Shown one piece after another: positions 34,040 through 42,984 of a stretch of 48,281 bases of DNA. The notes under the pieces were generated by a model. It did no database searches. It was not told the origin of the DNA and worked only from the letters and a program-made list of their open reading frames with translations. Within the stretch, counting starts at the first letter, position 1, and every line of letters starts with the position of its first letter. The DNA lies in contig JAFDTY010000001.1 of NCBI GenBank assembly GCA_019594055.1, positions 1 to 48,281 on the forward strand, read 5' to 3'. This DNA is from Candidatus Haladaptatiplasma halalkaliphilum (GTDB lineage: Archaea; Thermoplasmatota; Thermoplasmata; Halarchaeoplasmatales; Halarchaeoplasmataceae). Position numbers and translations under genes: made by a program.

Positions 34040-34942
34040 ATGAACAAAAAGATCATAGTGTGTATTGTGGTCTCGATGATCGTTGTGGCATCGGTGGTCG
34101 CATTCCGCATATCGCGGAGGGATGATGACCTGGATCTATCATTCAAATACTATGACGAACAGGAATCCCCGGAGCATATCGAGGATCTTTTTTTTCCTCG
34201 ACGGTTGACTGGTAAAAATGAATTCACCTTTGATGTTCCCTCATACCTCCAGAACAGGAAGTTGCGTATCTACAGTGCACATATGGGTGAATACTACGGA
34301 TACAGGAATATAACACACTTAGACCAGAACGGTGAAGTCATCTCTTCCTGGAATAATAGCGGCGGAAGGGGATACGCGCGGGATGGACATGACTTTCGTG
34401 ATTTTCTGAAAGGGGTTACCCAATGGACGTTGAGGACCGAAGGACCTTTTATAATCATGATCTATGTCGAATATGATATGACGTATATGATCGGCCAACC
34501 CATAGATATCAGTTTTTATGGTCGGACTATAGGGTTTGAAGCATGGGATGGGCTTTATGGTGTCCCAGGATACGATGATCGTGATAATTACTACCGATTC
34601 AGTATAGAATCGGATGTACCTGTCAAGGCCTATCTATTCGGAAAGCCATCCGGTATGACGGATTTTTATCTCGGTGGGTCTGACGAGCGCGACGAAGAGA
34701 TGACCACTTCGAAGGTGTTGGAAACTGGAAAATCTTCGTGGCTAGGTATAGCAAATGAGCCCATTATCGTTATATCAACCTATGACGATAGCGTTAGGCA
34801 GGTCAACGCTACGTTGACAATCGAGATACGTGATAAGGGACTACATCCCCTGCTGGTAACCGCTCTTGCAATTTCCCTCGTGGTCATACCGACCATCCTT
34901 GTCGGGGTTTATATAAAGAAAAAAGAAGGGAAACAGGGTTGA
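34040..34942 (+). CDS. Hypothetical surface protein, paralog of 32106-33026
   Basis: The start is trimmed to ATG 34040 (MNKKIIVCIVVSMIVVASVVAF). Shared blocks are IEDLFFPRRLTGKNEFTFDVPSYLQN and YYRFSIESDVPVKAYLF. The C-terminal anchor is LLVTALAISLVVIPTILVGVY followed by IKKKEGKQG. Confidence 0.6.
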   Translation: MNKKIIVCIVVSMIVVASVVAFRISRRDDDLDLSFKYYDEQESPEHIEDLFFPRRLTGKNEFTFDVPSYLQNRKLRIYSAHMGEYYGYRNITHLDQNGEVISSWNNSGGRGYARDGHDFRDFLKGVTQWTLRTEGPFIIMIYVEYDMTYMIGQPIDISFYGRTIGFEAWDGLYGVPGYDDRDNYYRFSIESDVPVKAYLFGKPSGMTDFYLGGSDERDEEMTTSKVLETGKSSWLGIANEPIIVISTYDDSVRQVNATLTIEIRDKGLHPLLVTALAISLVVIPTILVGVYIKKKEGKQG

Positions 34943-35216
34943 ACCAGAGTAAAATCTGAAAAAAAATTTGAACGTATGCGGTTACGCTGGAAAAACCAAA
35001 ACTGTTTTTCCGCTGAGTCGGATTTTTTTAACAAAAAACCCTCCTACGCTGGAAAAACCAAAACTGTTTTTCCGCTGAGTCGCGATTTGATAAATCGCTC
35101 CTGCCGGATTTCTGCATCGATGGTTCGGTTATCACTCCATCCTGACACTTCCCACTGTGTAAAGGATCATGCGCATGAATCAGAGTAAAATCTAAAAAAA
35201 ATTTGAGCGTATGCGG
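34940..35216. repeat. Repeat mosaic between the paralog gene and tRNA-Gly
   Basis: A1 at 34940-34981 and A2 at 35176-35216 are about 39/42 identical. A2 is the tRNA-Gly 3' trailer with its T8 terminator plus the last 5 nt of the tRNA. B1 at 34983-35020 and B2 at 35045-35082 are identical 38-mers, each containing the hairpin GGAAAAA-N9-TTTTTCC. C2 at 35067-35127 is the partner of 33902-33962. Confidence 0.9.
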
Positions 35217-35284
35217 GTGCCGGGATTTGAACCCGAGTAACAAGCTTGGCAAGCTTGAGTGATACCAGGCTACACTACACCCGC
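35212..35284 (-). tRNA. tRNA-Gly(GCC)
   Basis: On the minus strand the acceptor stem is GCGGGTG ... CACCCGC followed by A. The anticodon arm is CAAGC-TTGCCAA-GCTTG and the T arm is TCGGG-TTCAAAT-CCCGG. The length is 73 nt, and a T8 run follows immediately downstream. Confidence 0.9.
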
Positions 35285-35422
35285 AATTTGGAGTGTGCAA
35301 AGCGAATGACAATTCCGATTGCCAGCAGCGGTTTGTATATGCACAACCCGGTCTTATCATACCAGGTTAAAAGGGGATGATACACCTCTTATAAATATTT
35401 TACATCCCACAACGGGGCTGAT

Positions 35423-36940
35423 TCACATAACGTCACCGAGGTGTTTTCTGCATTCTTTCGTCCTATCCTCCATGCCCGCCCTCTCGAAGACCTTCATTGC
35501 CCTTCGGATTAGTTCACGACCCTCCGTATCCTCCCCCTGGTCCAGAAGCGCGGTTCCCTTGCCATACATCAGATCTCCGGCCCTTTCAAGATAGTCCTTA
35601 CTCTCCATATCCATAAGGTTTTGCTCCCGGGATAACCTTTCAACCGAGAGGTAGTTATCTATCGCCCTGTCGGTGTCCCCCTTCTTCTCATGGTGCCGTC
35701 CTGCCTTGTAATAGTACTCGGCAGCCATGTCATACATCACCGCCGATTCGTAGTGGTGCCCCAAGGTCTCGTGATGCACGCTAAGATCCCTACCGTAACA
35801 TTTCTTGATGGCCTCGGCAGCCTTTTTATGCAGCAATCGTTTTTTGCCGGTACTTTGCCCCTCCTGCAAGATATCCTTTACCGCCTGATGCGAGAATCGG
35901 TACCATTCCGATCCGCCCGTTTCCGTCAGGATATTGACCTCCAAAAGAGCATCTATCATGTCCAGTACATCCATCTCGTCCATGTTTATGTACTCGGCGA
36001 TCATGGGGAAGGAAAATTGCGGTCCGAGTATGCTTATATACTGCAAAAAGTTCTTCACCGAGTCGTCAAGCCTGGTTATCTTTCTATCGACAGTGTATCT
36101 TACAACCGGGGGCCAATCTATACTGTCCCCATCCGACAGATATCGTCCCTGGGTGGGGTCTATGATTTTGTTTGCCAGCATAGACCTCAGGGTTTCGTAT
36201 ATGTAAAGGGGATTTCCCTCAGTGCTCCTATGAAAAAGTTCCACAAAATCGTCCGGTGCCTCATCCCCGGTAACGGCATCGATCAATTCTCTCGTATCGT
36301 CCCGATCGAAGGGTTCAAGATGTATCTCCCGGTGTAGCTTACGATGGTACATGAAATTCAACGTTTCCTTAAGGAATTCATGGTCCACGGCATCTTCCGG
36401 TCGATACGCGCAAATGAGCACAATGTTACTCGGGCCGATGTTGTTGGAAAGATACCTTACGAAAAGCAGTGTGTACCTGTCGGCCAGATGCATATCCTCC
36501 ATGAAGAGCACCATGGGTGTTGTATCCGTGATGTTCTTGACGAATTCCATGGCACGCTGTATTGTTGCCCTATCTGATTTTTTAAAGATGTTGTCCACAT
36601 CCCCCGGGTCATCCTTCTCGTAGGCCATTCTTATGCTTATGGGTAGATTGAGGTAGGGCCTTTTTTTCTCCTCCATGAAGGCGTTAAAACTCTCCTTTAA
36701 CGGTTGGAAAGGCTCTGCATCCCTTGATATGCACACGCTATCCAACCATCGAAAACCTCTTTTTTCGGCTAGACCTCTCATCCTTTTTACCAGAAAGGTT
36801 TTTCCTATGCCGGCCTCGCCGGCCAGTATGGTAACGCTCCCCTTGCCTTCGCTTTCCAAAATATCCAGACGTTCCCTTAATTCGACTAACTCTTCGTCAC
36901 GGTCTATGAATATATTTTCCTTCGTGTCTTCAACTGACAT
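35423..36940 (-). CDS. AAA_16/STAND-like P-loop ATPase with a C-terminal TPR-like region and no recognisable DNA-binding domain (505 aa)
   Basis: The motifs are Walker A TILAGEAGIGKTFLVKRM and Walker B PMVLFMEDMHLAD. The C-terminus has helical repeats (HYESAVMYDMAAEYYYKAGRHHEKKGDTDRAIDNYL...). The gene starts 13 nt after the stop of the REC-PAS gene. Confidence 0.7.
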   Translation of the reverse strand: MSVEDTKENIFIDRDEELVELRERLDILESEGKGSVTILAGEAGIGKTFLVKRMRGLAEKRGFRWLDSVCISRDAEPFQPLKESFNAFMEEKKRPYLNLPISIRMAYEKDDPGDVDNIFKKSDRATIQRAMEFVKNITDTTPMVLFMEDMHLADRYTLLFVRYLSNNIGPSNIVLICAYRPEDAVDHEFLKETLNFMYHRKLHREIHLEPFDRDDTRELIDAVTGDEAPDDFVELFHRSTEGNPLYIYETLRSMLANKIIDPTQGRYLSDGDSIDWPPVVRYTVDRKITRLDDSVKNFLQYISILGPQFSFPMIAEYINMDEMDVLDMIDALLEVNILTETGGSEWYRFSHQAVKDILQEGQSTGKKRLLHKKAAEAIKKCYGRDLSVHHETLGHHYESAVMYDMAAEYYYKAGRHHEKKGDTDRAIDNYLSVERLSREQNLMDMESKDYLERAGDLMYGKGTALLDQGEDTEGRELIRRAMKVFERAGMEDRTKECRKHLGDVM

Positions 36941-36952
36941 CCCAAATCTACC

Positions 36953-38935
36953 TCAACGCCCGCCTTCGCCTGGAAGCTCACGTACGAAGGCAAGCAATTG
37001 TCGTGTTTTTCCGTCGGAGTCCCATATGGCGGACATATTTAGGGTTACCCTATATGTTTTTTCGTTTACCGATAGTGTTACCTTTTCCTCACACTTCTTA
37101 CGTTTTCCCGCCAACATATCCTCGAATTCATCTTTACATCTCTCTTTATCCTCTTCGGCAAATAGATCGGTAAAATGAAGTTTCACCAGCTCCTTCTCTC
37201 TCCGGTTTATCAACGTGCAAAATGCACCGTTCACTTCCGTTATGTTACCATCAAGATCAAGTATCGCCATGCCGTCGGCAGTGTTTTCGAAGGCTATCCT
37301 GAACATCTCCTGACTTTCCTCGAATGCCTTCAAGGTCTTTATACTGTGGGTGATATCCAGCAACGACAGTATACTCTGTTTGGTACCGGGGATCATGGAA
37401 ACGTTGATCAGCATGTCCTTTGTATCACCGTAACGGTTGATGAATTTGAAGGTGTAGGTGTTGGGAACCGAATCCGGGTCCTTCCTTCGGGTTTCGTGGT
37501 AATACTTCATCTCCTCGAGATACTCTTCCACCACAAATTCGGGCCACCGTTTCGCACCTACCAATTCTTTCCTTGTATAACCGGTAAGATTTTCCATTTC
37601 CCTATTGACCATGGACGCACTCATGTCCTCCTCGAGGATGGCCATGGCGGTGCCGGTATTTTCTATTATGCTACGGTAAAGGTTTTCCCTTTCTCTTATC
37701 TTTTTCTCGTAGCGTACACGCTGCAGAGCTCCCAGTATGTGAGATGCAAGTATATCCAAAAGGTCCCGATCGTAATGGTCGAAGTGGCCCACCTCGTTGG
37801 AAATCACCTGCAACACACCTATATCACCTATGGGTGCCGATACGACGGAGCGGTACTCCTTTTTAGCCGGTTTAGCCTCCGGCCATTCTCTTATGTCATC
37901 CACCATGAATGTCTTTTTTTCCATGAATGTCTTACCACATATCCCCCTGTCCAGGGGATTTCGTGTCCCCTTCACAAGATCCGCATCGGAGCTTTTTTTT
38001 ATCACCAGGGCCTCACCGTCGTAGATCAGTACGCTGCACGAATCGAACTTCAAAATATCCTTGACAACTTCCACGGTAATCCCGAATATCTCTTCCTCGG
38101 ATTCGCATTTGGCCATGTTATTTGCCGTCACATGTAATTGTTCAACCTTCTTCTTTGCCTCCTTAAGCTCTTCTTGGGCGATCTTCCTCTCGGTGATGTC
38201 AACCACGCTACCTTCTATGTACGCAATCTGACCTCCGGTATCTCTGACCAGTCGGGAATTTTCCGTTACCCATATACCCTCGCCGTCGTAGGTTTTTACG
38301 ATGTATTCATGGTCTGTCACCGTGCCCTGTTCATTCAACAATTTCAACCACTCTTCTCTATCTTCACGGTCCATGTATATATCTTCCGCGTTGATCTTTC
38401 GTAGGCTTTCCCTGTCGGGGTATCTAAGCAACTCTACCATCGCCTGGTTCACGGCCACTACCTCTCCGTTGGGTGTGGTGGAGTACAGACCGATGGGCAC
38501 CTGCTCGAACAATCTTCCGTACAGCTCTTCGGCACGATGCCTGGCTCTCCTTTCCTCCCTGGCTCTAAGGGCAAAACGAACCGATGCCGGAAGTCTGACG
38601 AAATGGCTTATTGTTTTGACCACGTAATCGTCAAGCCCTCCTCTCATTGCCTGGACAACGATCTCCTCGCTGCCGGTTCCCGTGAACATTATCACGGGGC
38701 AGTCCGGGTATGCTTTCTTCACCTTTTCCAGTACGTTCAGTCCGTCCGTCCACTTTATGTTGAAATCCGTGATCACCAGATCAAAATTACCTCTGTCCAA
38801 TGCTTGTCTGAAATCATCGGCGTTGACCACCTCTTCAACTTCCATATCCGGAAATTCCCTGTTCAACTCCCTTATGGTCAGTGCCCTATCATCGGGATTG
38901 TCGTCTATTATAAGTATCCTTATTTTTTCCTTCAT
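36953..38935 (-). CDS. Response-regulator receiver / PAS / GAF / PAS / PAS protein without a recognisable output domain
   Basis: The REC domain has IRILIIDDNPDD, the acceptor Asp in DLVITDFNI, IMFTGTGSE and DDYVVK. PAS-like blocks begin at LFEQVPIGLYSTTPNGEVVAVNQAM, YRSIIENTGTAMAILEED and FRIAFENTADGMAILDLDGNITEVNGAF. A GAF-like block lies around ILKFDSCSVLIYDGEALVI...SVVSAPIGDIGVLQV. No HisKA/HATPase motifs are present. ATG 38935 is preferred over GTG 38968. Confidence 0.8.
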   Translation of the reverse strand: MKEKIRILIIDDNPDDRALTIRELNREFPDMEVEEVVNADDFRQALDRGNFDLVITDFNIKWTDGLNVLEKVKKAYPDCPVIMFTGTGSEEIVVQAMRGGLDDYVVKTISHFVRLPASVRFALRAREERRARHRAEELYGRLFEQVPIGLYSTTPNGEVVAVNQAMVELLRYPDRESLRKINAEDIYMDREDREEWLKLLNEQGTVTDHEYIVKTYDGEGIWVTENSRLVRDTGGQIAYIEGSVVDITERKIAQEELKEAKKKVEQLHVTANNMAKCESEEEIFGITVEVVKDILKFDSCSVLIYDGEALVIKKSSDADLVKGTRNPLDRGICGKTFMEKKTFMVDDIREWPEAKPAKKEYRSVVSAPIGDIGVLQVISNEVGHFDHYDRDLLDILASHILGALQRVRYEKKIRERENLYRSIIENTGTAMAILEEDMSASMVNREMENLTGYTRKELVGAKRWPEFVVEEYLEEMKYYHETRRKDPDSVPNTYTFKFINRYGDTKDMLINVSMIPGTKQSILSLLDITHSIKTLKAFEESQEMFRIAFENTADGMAILDLDGNITEVNGAFCTLINRREKELVKLHFTDLFAEEDKERCKDEFEDMLAGKRKKCEEKVTLSVNEKTYRVTLNMSAIWDSDGKTRQLLAFVRELPGEGGR

Positions 38936-39061
38936 GTGTTTCCCTCTTTTCGCGATATTTTCCTTCACCTTGATACAACATATATAACCTCATGTTTTTA
39001 ATACTATCGGTGGTTTCGGAGAAAAAAATTCATATCATGAGTTATTCATGGGGAAGTGACC

Positions 39062-39931
39062 ATGGTAGAATTTTATCCCGAGGAAAGACGCAAGATGGTA
39101 CTTATGGTTGCCGTGGCGGCGGTTTCCACAGCAGCCATATTCATAAGGCTGTCCGAGTCGCACCCCATAGCGATAGCCTTCTACAGGATGTTCTTTGCCA
39201 CATTCATACTTCTGCCCCTGATACCTGCTTACACCAGTGAGATCAAGGGACTCGGCAAACGCGACTGGTTCCTTCTGATAACCTCCGGACTGTTCCTGAG
39301 TGTCCACTTTGCCGCATGGATAACATCTCTCAGCTATACATCGGTAACCTCATCGGTCGTACTGGTCTCGGCTCATCCCCTCGTGGTCGCCTGGGTATCC
39401 GGTTGGTACCTCCATGAGAGAACATCATCCAAGGCATATCTTGCCATATTACTCGCATTGGCCGGGATATCCGTGATGGCCTTCTCCAGTTACACCGTGG
39501 CCCGCTGGTCTATCGTAGGCGATATACTCGCCTTGGTGGGTATGTTGGCAGTGGCGGGTTATCTTATACGGGGCAGAGAGGTAAGAAGAAGGATATCCGT
39601 AGTTCCCTATGCATTCATAGTCTACGGCACCTCATCCGTATTCCTGGCCCTTTACTCCTTAGCTTTTTCCACATCTTTCGAACTATACCCTGTCAGGGAG
39701 TATGTACTGTTCTTTGCCCTTGCACTGATACCCACCGTCGTCGGACACACATCCTACAACTGGTCTTTGAAATATCTTGGCGCGAGAACCGTTTCCACAA
39801 CCCTTCTCGGTGAACCCATCTTCGCCTCTGTGCTTGCCTTCGTGATACTGGCGGAAATCCCCCCTCCCCTTACCGTTGTAGGTGCATCCGTAACACTCCT
39901 GGGTATCTACCTGTGCTCCAGGTATGGTTAA
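39062..39931 (+). CDS. EamA/DMT-family transporter (10 TM)
   Basis: The ORF has two EamA-like halves and hydrophobic spans throughout. The N-terminus is typical (AAVSTAAIFIRLSESHPIAIAFYRMFFA). ATG 39062 is used. Confidence 0.8.
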   Translation: MVEFYPEERRKMVLMVAVAAVSTAAIFIRLSESHPIAIAFYRMFFATFILLPLIPAYTSEIKGLGKRDWFLLITSGLFLSVHFAAWITSLSYTSVTSSVVLVSAHPLVVAWVSGWYLHERTSSKAYLAILLALAGISVMAFSSYTVARWSIVGDILALVGMLAVAGYLIRGREVRRRISVVPYAFIVYGTSSVFLALYSLAFSTSFELYPVREYVLFFALALIPTVVGHTSYNWSLKYLGARTVSTTLLGEPIFASVLAFVILAEIPPPLTVVGASVTLLGIYLCSRYG

Positions 39932-39980
39932 AGTATGATACTCAGTGTTCCACCCGATTCGCGTTGTGGCGATGTGAACG

Positions 39981-40300
39981 AAAAAGCTAGGTCACCGAGG
40001 TTGTCGCTCACCGCGCTGATGAGTGGTCCAGACCCATTCTCGACCCCGCAACCCATCGAGCATCGATAGTCCATGTAAGGGCTGCTCCCTTCCGGGCCTG
40101 ACCCGGTTTCCACGGTAAAGGCAAGGGATATCGACCCTCCGGTCGACTCCCAGGTCACCTTCGATCCCGAAGGACGAAATCTCATCGGCAGGATCTGGCT
40201 CATCCACGAGGTGATTACGCCGTCCCCGGTGGTCACCCCCGCATATCGACGATTTCGGTGTATAAGGGCACGCCGAACGCCCCGGTTAGACCTAGCAGGA
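39981..40300 (-). ncRNA. Signal recognition particle RNA (archaeal 7S RNA), about 320 nt
   Basis: The minus strand contains the conserved helix-8 motif GGGTCAGGCCCGGAAGGGAGCAGCCC. The 5' GCTAGGTC (40296-40289) pairs with the 3' GACCTAGC (39993-39986), followed by TTTTT. A TATA box CTTATATA (40326-40319) lies about 23-27 nt upstream of the predicted 5' end. The ends are approximate. Confidence 0.85.
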
Positions 40301-40344
40301 CGCATAACCAAAGCCTGGTATATAAGTTTTATACGTGAAACGCA

Positions 40345-40959
40345 TCACCTTTTCCCCTCGACATAGTTATTACCGTTGCTGTTGAAAGCCCTCATCACCC
40401 GAAAACCCGCCTTCAGCATGTCCTCTTCCAGCTCACCGAGGGTATATAGGTGGTAATACCGTTCCAACACTCTTCCGTTTTCGTGGTGCCATGGAACGAT
40501 AACATCCCTTTCGTCCTCTTCCAGTTCCCATCTATCCTGTTCCCTTGCCCATGCGGAGACCAGTATACGCCCCCCATCCTTCATAACACGCCTGGCCTCC
40601 TTAAGACTTTCAATACGCCCTTTCCTTAGGTGGTGGATGGTTGCAATGTAGATGACCGTGTCAAAACTACCCTTCGAGAATGGTAATTCGTTCACATCTC
40701 CCCGGATCAGCTCCACCCTACCAAAGATATTTCTTTTCGAGATCAGCAATAATTCCACTGAAGCGTCCAGACCTATGATTTTGTATCCCATACCGAGGGC
40801 GGGAACCAAATGCCTGCCGTTCCCGCAACCCATATCCAGCAGTTTACCGTGACCTGTCCTGAGGAAATCTACCACCTCCTTCCAAGGCCTACGTCTGGTC
40901 TTGTCGAAGTGCCCGGCGATGATATCGAAGGTTTTACCGGTTTTCAAAGCGTCTTCCAT
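40345..40959 (-). CDS. Class I SAM-dependent methyltransferase (Trm9/ALKBH8-MT-like pattern)
   Basis: Features are FDIIAGHFDKTRRRPW, SAM motif I LLDMGCGNGRHL, IATIHH and the Trm9-like VSAWAREQ. ATG 40959 is preferred over TTG 40980. Confidence 0.65.
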   Translation of the reverse strand: MEDALKTGKTFDIIAGHFDKTRRRPWKEVVDFLRTGHGKLLDMGCGNGRHLVPALGMGYKIIGLDASVELLLISKRNIFGRVELIRGDVNELPFSKGSFDTVIYIATIHHLRKGRIESLKEARRVMKDGGRILVSAWAREQDRWELEEDERDVIVPWHHENGRVLERYYHLYTLGELEEDMLKAGFRVMRAFNSNGNNYVEGKR

Positions 40960-41012
40960 GGTATGGGATATACACGACAAGATTTATATTCTCTCCCTTT
41001 CTTTTACCGTCA

Positions 41013-41780
41013 ATGAGTGTTCTTGAAATATATTTGATCATTATTATCTGTTCATTGTTCGCATCGGTTACCTATATCCGGGGGATGCTGGATATGAGTG
41101 GTGCAGCAACCGCTTTTTTGATCGGCGTGTTCCTGGGTGTGATGGGCGGTTTACTCTGGATATTGTTGTTACTTGTATTCCTTGCCAGCGCCTTCATGGC
41201 CACCCGTTACAAGTTCGGGTATAAAAGGTCAAAAGGGGTTCAGGAAGGTAAAAAGGGTGAAAGGGGCGCAATAAATGTTCTGGCCAACGGTATCGTACCG
41301 GTGATCATATCCATGTTCCACTCACCTCCACGGGGAAGCAACTTGCTGGGGCTCGGTTACCTGGAGCACGAACTGGCGGTTTTCCTCTTCGTCACATCGG
41401 TGGCTTGCGCCGCCTCGGATACCCTGGCTTCCGAGATGGGGATGCTCTCTGACAGGGTTTATCTTATCACCACGGGAAAAAAGGTGGAACCCGGCACAGA
41501 CGGCGGTATATCATTGTACGGTGAGGTATGGGCCTTCTTCGGGGCGATATACACCTTCCTGGTCGCCTATCCGGTCTTCTCCCTGATATCCGGCATCTCA
41601 CTTCCTGCATGGTGGATATTGACGGGTGTGCTCATGGGTTTCGTTAGCTGTCAGATCGATAGTATGCTCGGTGCCACCCTTGAACAAAAAGGCTTAATAG
41701 GTAAATCGTCGGTGAACGTAATCGCTATATCCACGGCGGTAGTAGTTACGGTAGTGATAATATGGCTAGTGGCATACTGA
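41013..41780 (+). CDS. DUF92/TMEM19-family integral membrane protein (VTE6-like)
   Basis: The family-like motifs are ERGAINVLANG, ACAASDTLASEMG and GTDGGISLYGE. The protein has multiple TM spans. Confidence 0.7.
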   Translation: MSVLEIYLIIIICSLFASVTYIRGMLDMSGAATAFLIGVFLGVMGGLLWILLLLVFLASAFMATRYKFGYKRSKGVQEGKKGERGAINVLANGIVPVIISMFHSPPRGSNLLGLGYLEHELAVFLFVTSVACAASDTLASEMGMLSDRVYLITTGKKVEPGTDGGISLYGEVWAFFGAIYTFLVAYPVFSLISGISLPAWWILTGVLMGFVSCQIDSMLGATLEQKGLIGKSSVNVIAISTAVVVTVVIIWLVAY

Positions 41781-42982
41781 TGATGATATACGACGGCATA
41801 GGCGACAGACCTGTGAAAGAGCTCCGGGGTAGAACACCCCTGGAGGTTGCAAAAACACCCAATCTTGACAGGATGGCTTGTGAGGGGATAAACGGTTTAA
41901 TGGATACCATCGCCCCCGGGATCATACCCGGAAGCGACACGGGTCATCTTGCACTGCTGGGCTACGACCCCTTCGAGGTTTACACCGGCAGGGGCCCCTT
42001 TGAGGCGGCGGGTATCGGTATAGAAGTGGAACCGGGCGACATAGCCTTCAGGTGTAATTTTTCCACCCTGGAAAAAGGCGTCATAACCGATAGGCGGGCC
42101 GGTCGTATCAAGGAGGGTACGGATGAGTTGTCCAGGGCCGTAAACGGAATGGACTTCGAGATAGAATTTATGTTCGAAAAGGGGGTTGAGCACAGGGGTG
42201 TATTGATATTCAAGGACCAGGGCCTGGGCTCGGGGGTCGGTGACATAGATCCCCACAAGGAAGGGGTACCCTACCTGGAATCGAAACCCCTATCCCATGA
42301 TAGTAAGGATGCCAGAACAGCCCGGTTGTTGAACGACTTCACCCTCAAAAGTATTGAGGTGCTATCCGAACATCCCGTGAACATATCGAGGATGGAACGG
42401 GGAGAAAAGCCCGCCAACATACTACTCGCCCGGGGTTCGGGTACCGTTCCCTACATCAGACCGTTACCCGAGAGGACAGGGATGAAGTGCGCCGCCATCG
42501 CGGGTATCCCCCTGGTAAGGGGCGTATGTCGAATGGCCGGTATGGACGTGATCCAGGTGGAGGGGGCAACCGGGGGCATGGATACCGACATAGGCGCCAT
42601 CTACCGCAGGGCGAAGGAGGCCATGAAGGAATACGACTTCGTGCTCGTCAATATCAAAGGTTGTGATATATCCGGTCATGACGGACTCGCCCGGGAGAAA
42701 GTTGAATTCATAGAACGTCTGGACAGTGAACTCAAGATACTGGAAGGTCTGGAACAACACTACATCGCCTTCACCGGGGACCATTCAACACCCGTGCCCG
42801 TAAAGGATCACAGTGGAGATCCGCTACCCCTTACCATAGTGGGTCCTCAGGTGCTGAGGGACGACGTTACTTCCTACGACGAGCGGTCGTGCGTACGGGG
42901 TGGTTTATCACGCTTAAGAGGTCAAGACCTTCTGAACGTGCTCATGGACCTTTCCGGACACGGAGAAAAATTCGGTGCTTGA
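41762..42982 (+). CDS. apgM: Cofactor-independent phosphoglycerate mutase, archaeal type
   Basis: The motifs are [44 protein letters not shown] and FTGDHSTP. The gene overlaps the upstream gene by 19 nt. Confidence 0.88.
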   Translation: MASGILMMIYDGIGDRPVKELRGRTPLEVAKTPNLDRMACEGINGLMDTIAPGIIPGSDTGHLALLGYDPFEVYTGRGPFEAAGIGIEVEPGDIAFRCNFSTLEKGVITDRRAGRIKEGTDELSRAVNGMDFEIEFMFEKGVEHRGVLIFKDQGLGSGVGDIDPHKEGVPYLESKPLSHDSKDARTARLLNDFTLKSIEVLSEHPVNISRMERGEKPANILLARGSGTVPYIRPLPERTGMKCAAIAGIPLVRGVCRMAGMDVIQVEGATGGMDTDIGAIYRRAKEAMKEYDFVLVNIKGCDISGHDGLAREKVEFIERLDSELKILEGLEQHYIAFTGDHSTPVPVKDHSGDPLPLTIVGPQVLRDDVTSYDERSCVRGGLSRLRGQDLLNVLMDLSGHGEKFGA

Positions 42983-42984
42983 GT

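Noticed and set aside
34983-35082. Two identical 38-nt repeats separated by a 24-nt spacer, considered as a mini CRISPR array.
   Set aside because: There are only two copies, the spacer is shorter than the repeat, and the repeats overlap another repeat family and a duplicated tRNA trailer. No cas genes or leader are present. It fits a duplication scar better.
3355-38968. N-terminal extensions in the ORF track at 3355, 4772, 5746, 16725, 17449, 33965, 38968, 40980 and 47319.
   Set aside because: These start at GTG or TTG, or overlap the preceding gene. Internal ATGs give canonical signal peptides or domain starts, often with SD-like GGAGG/GAGGT motifs or tight stop-start coupling. The starts were trimmed accordingly but remain unverified.
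39928-40311. 127-aa and 71-aa minus-strand ORFs between the EamA gene and the methyltransferase gene.
   Set aside because: The region encodes the SRP 7S RNA, shown by the helix-8 motif, the terminal helix, the T-run and the TATA box. The translated ORFs are Gly/Arg/Ser-rich with no protein-like pattern.
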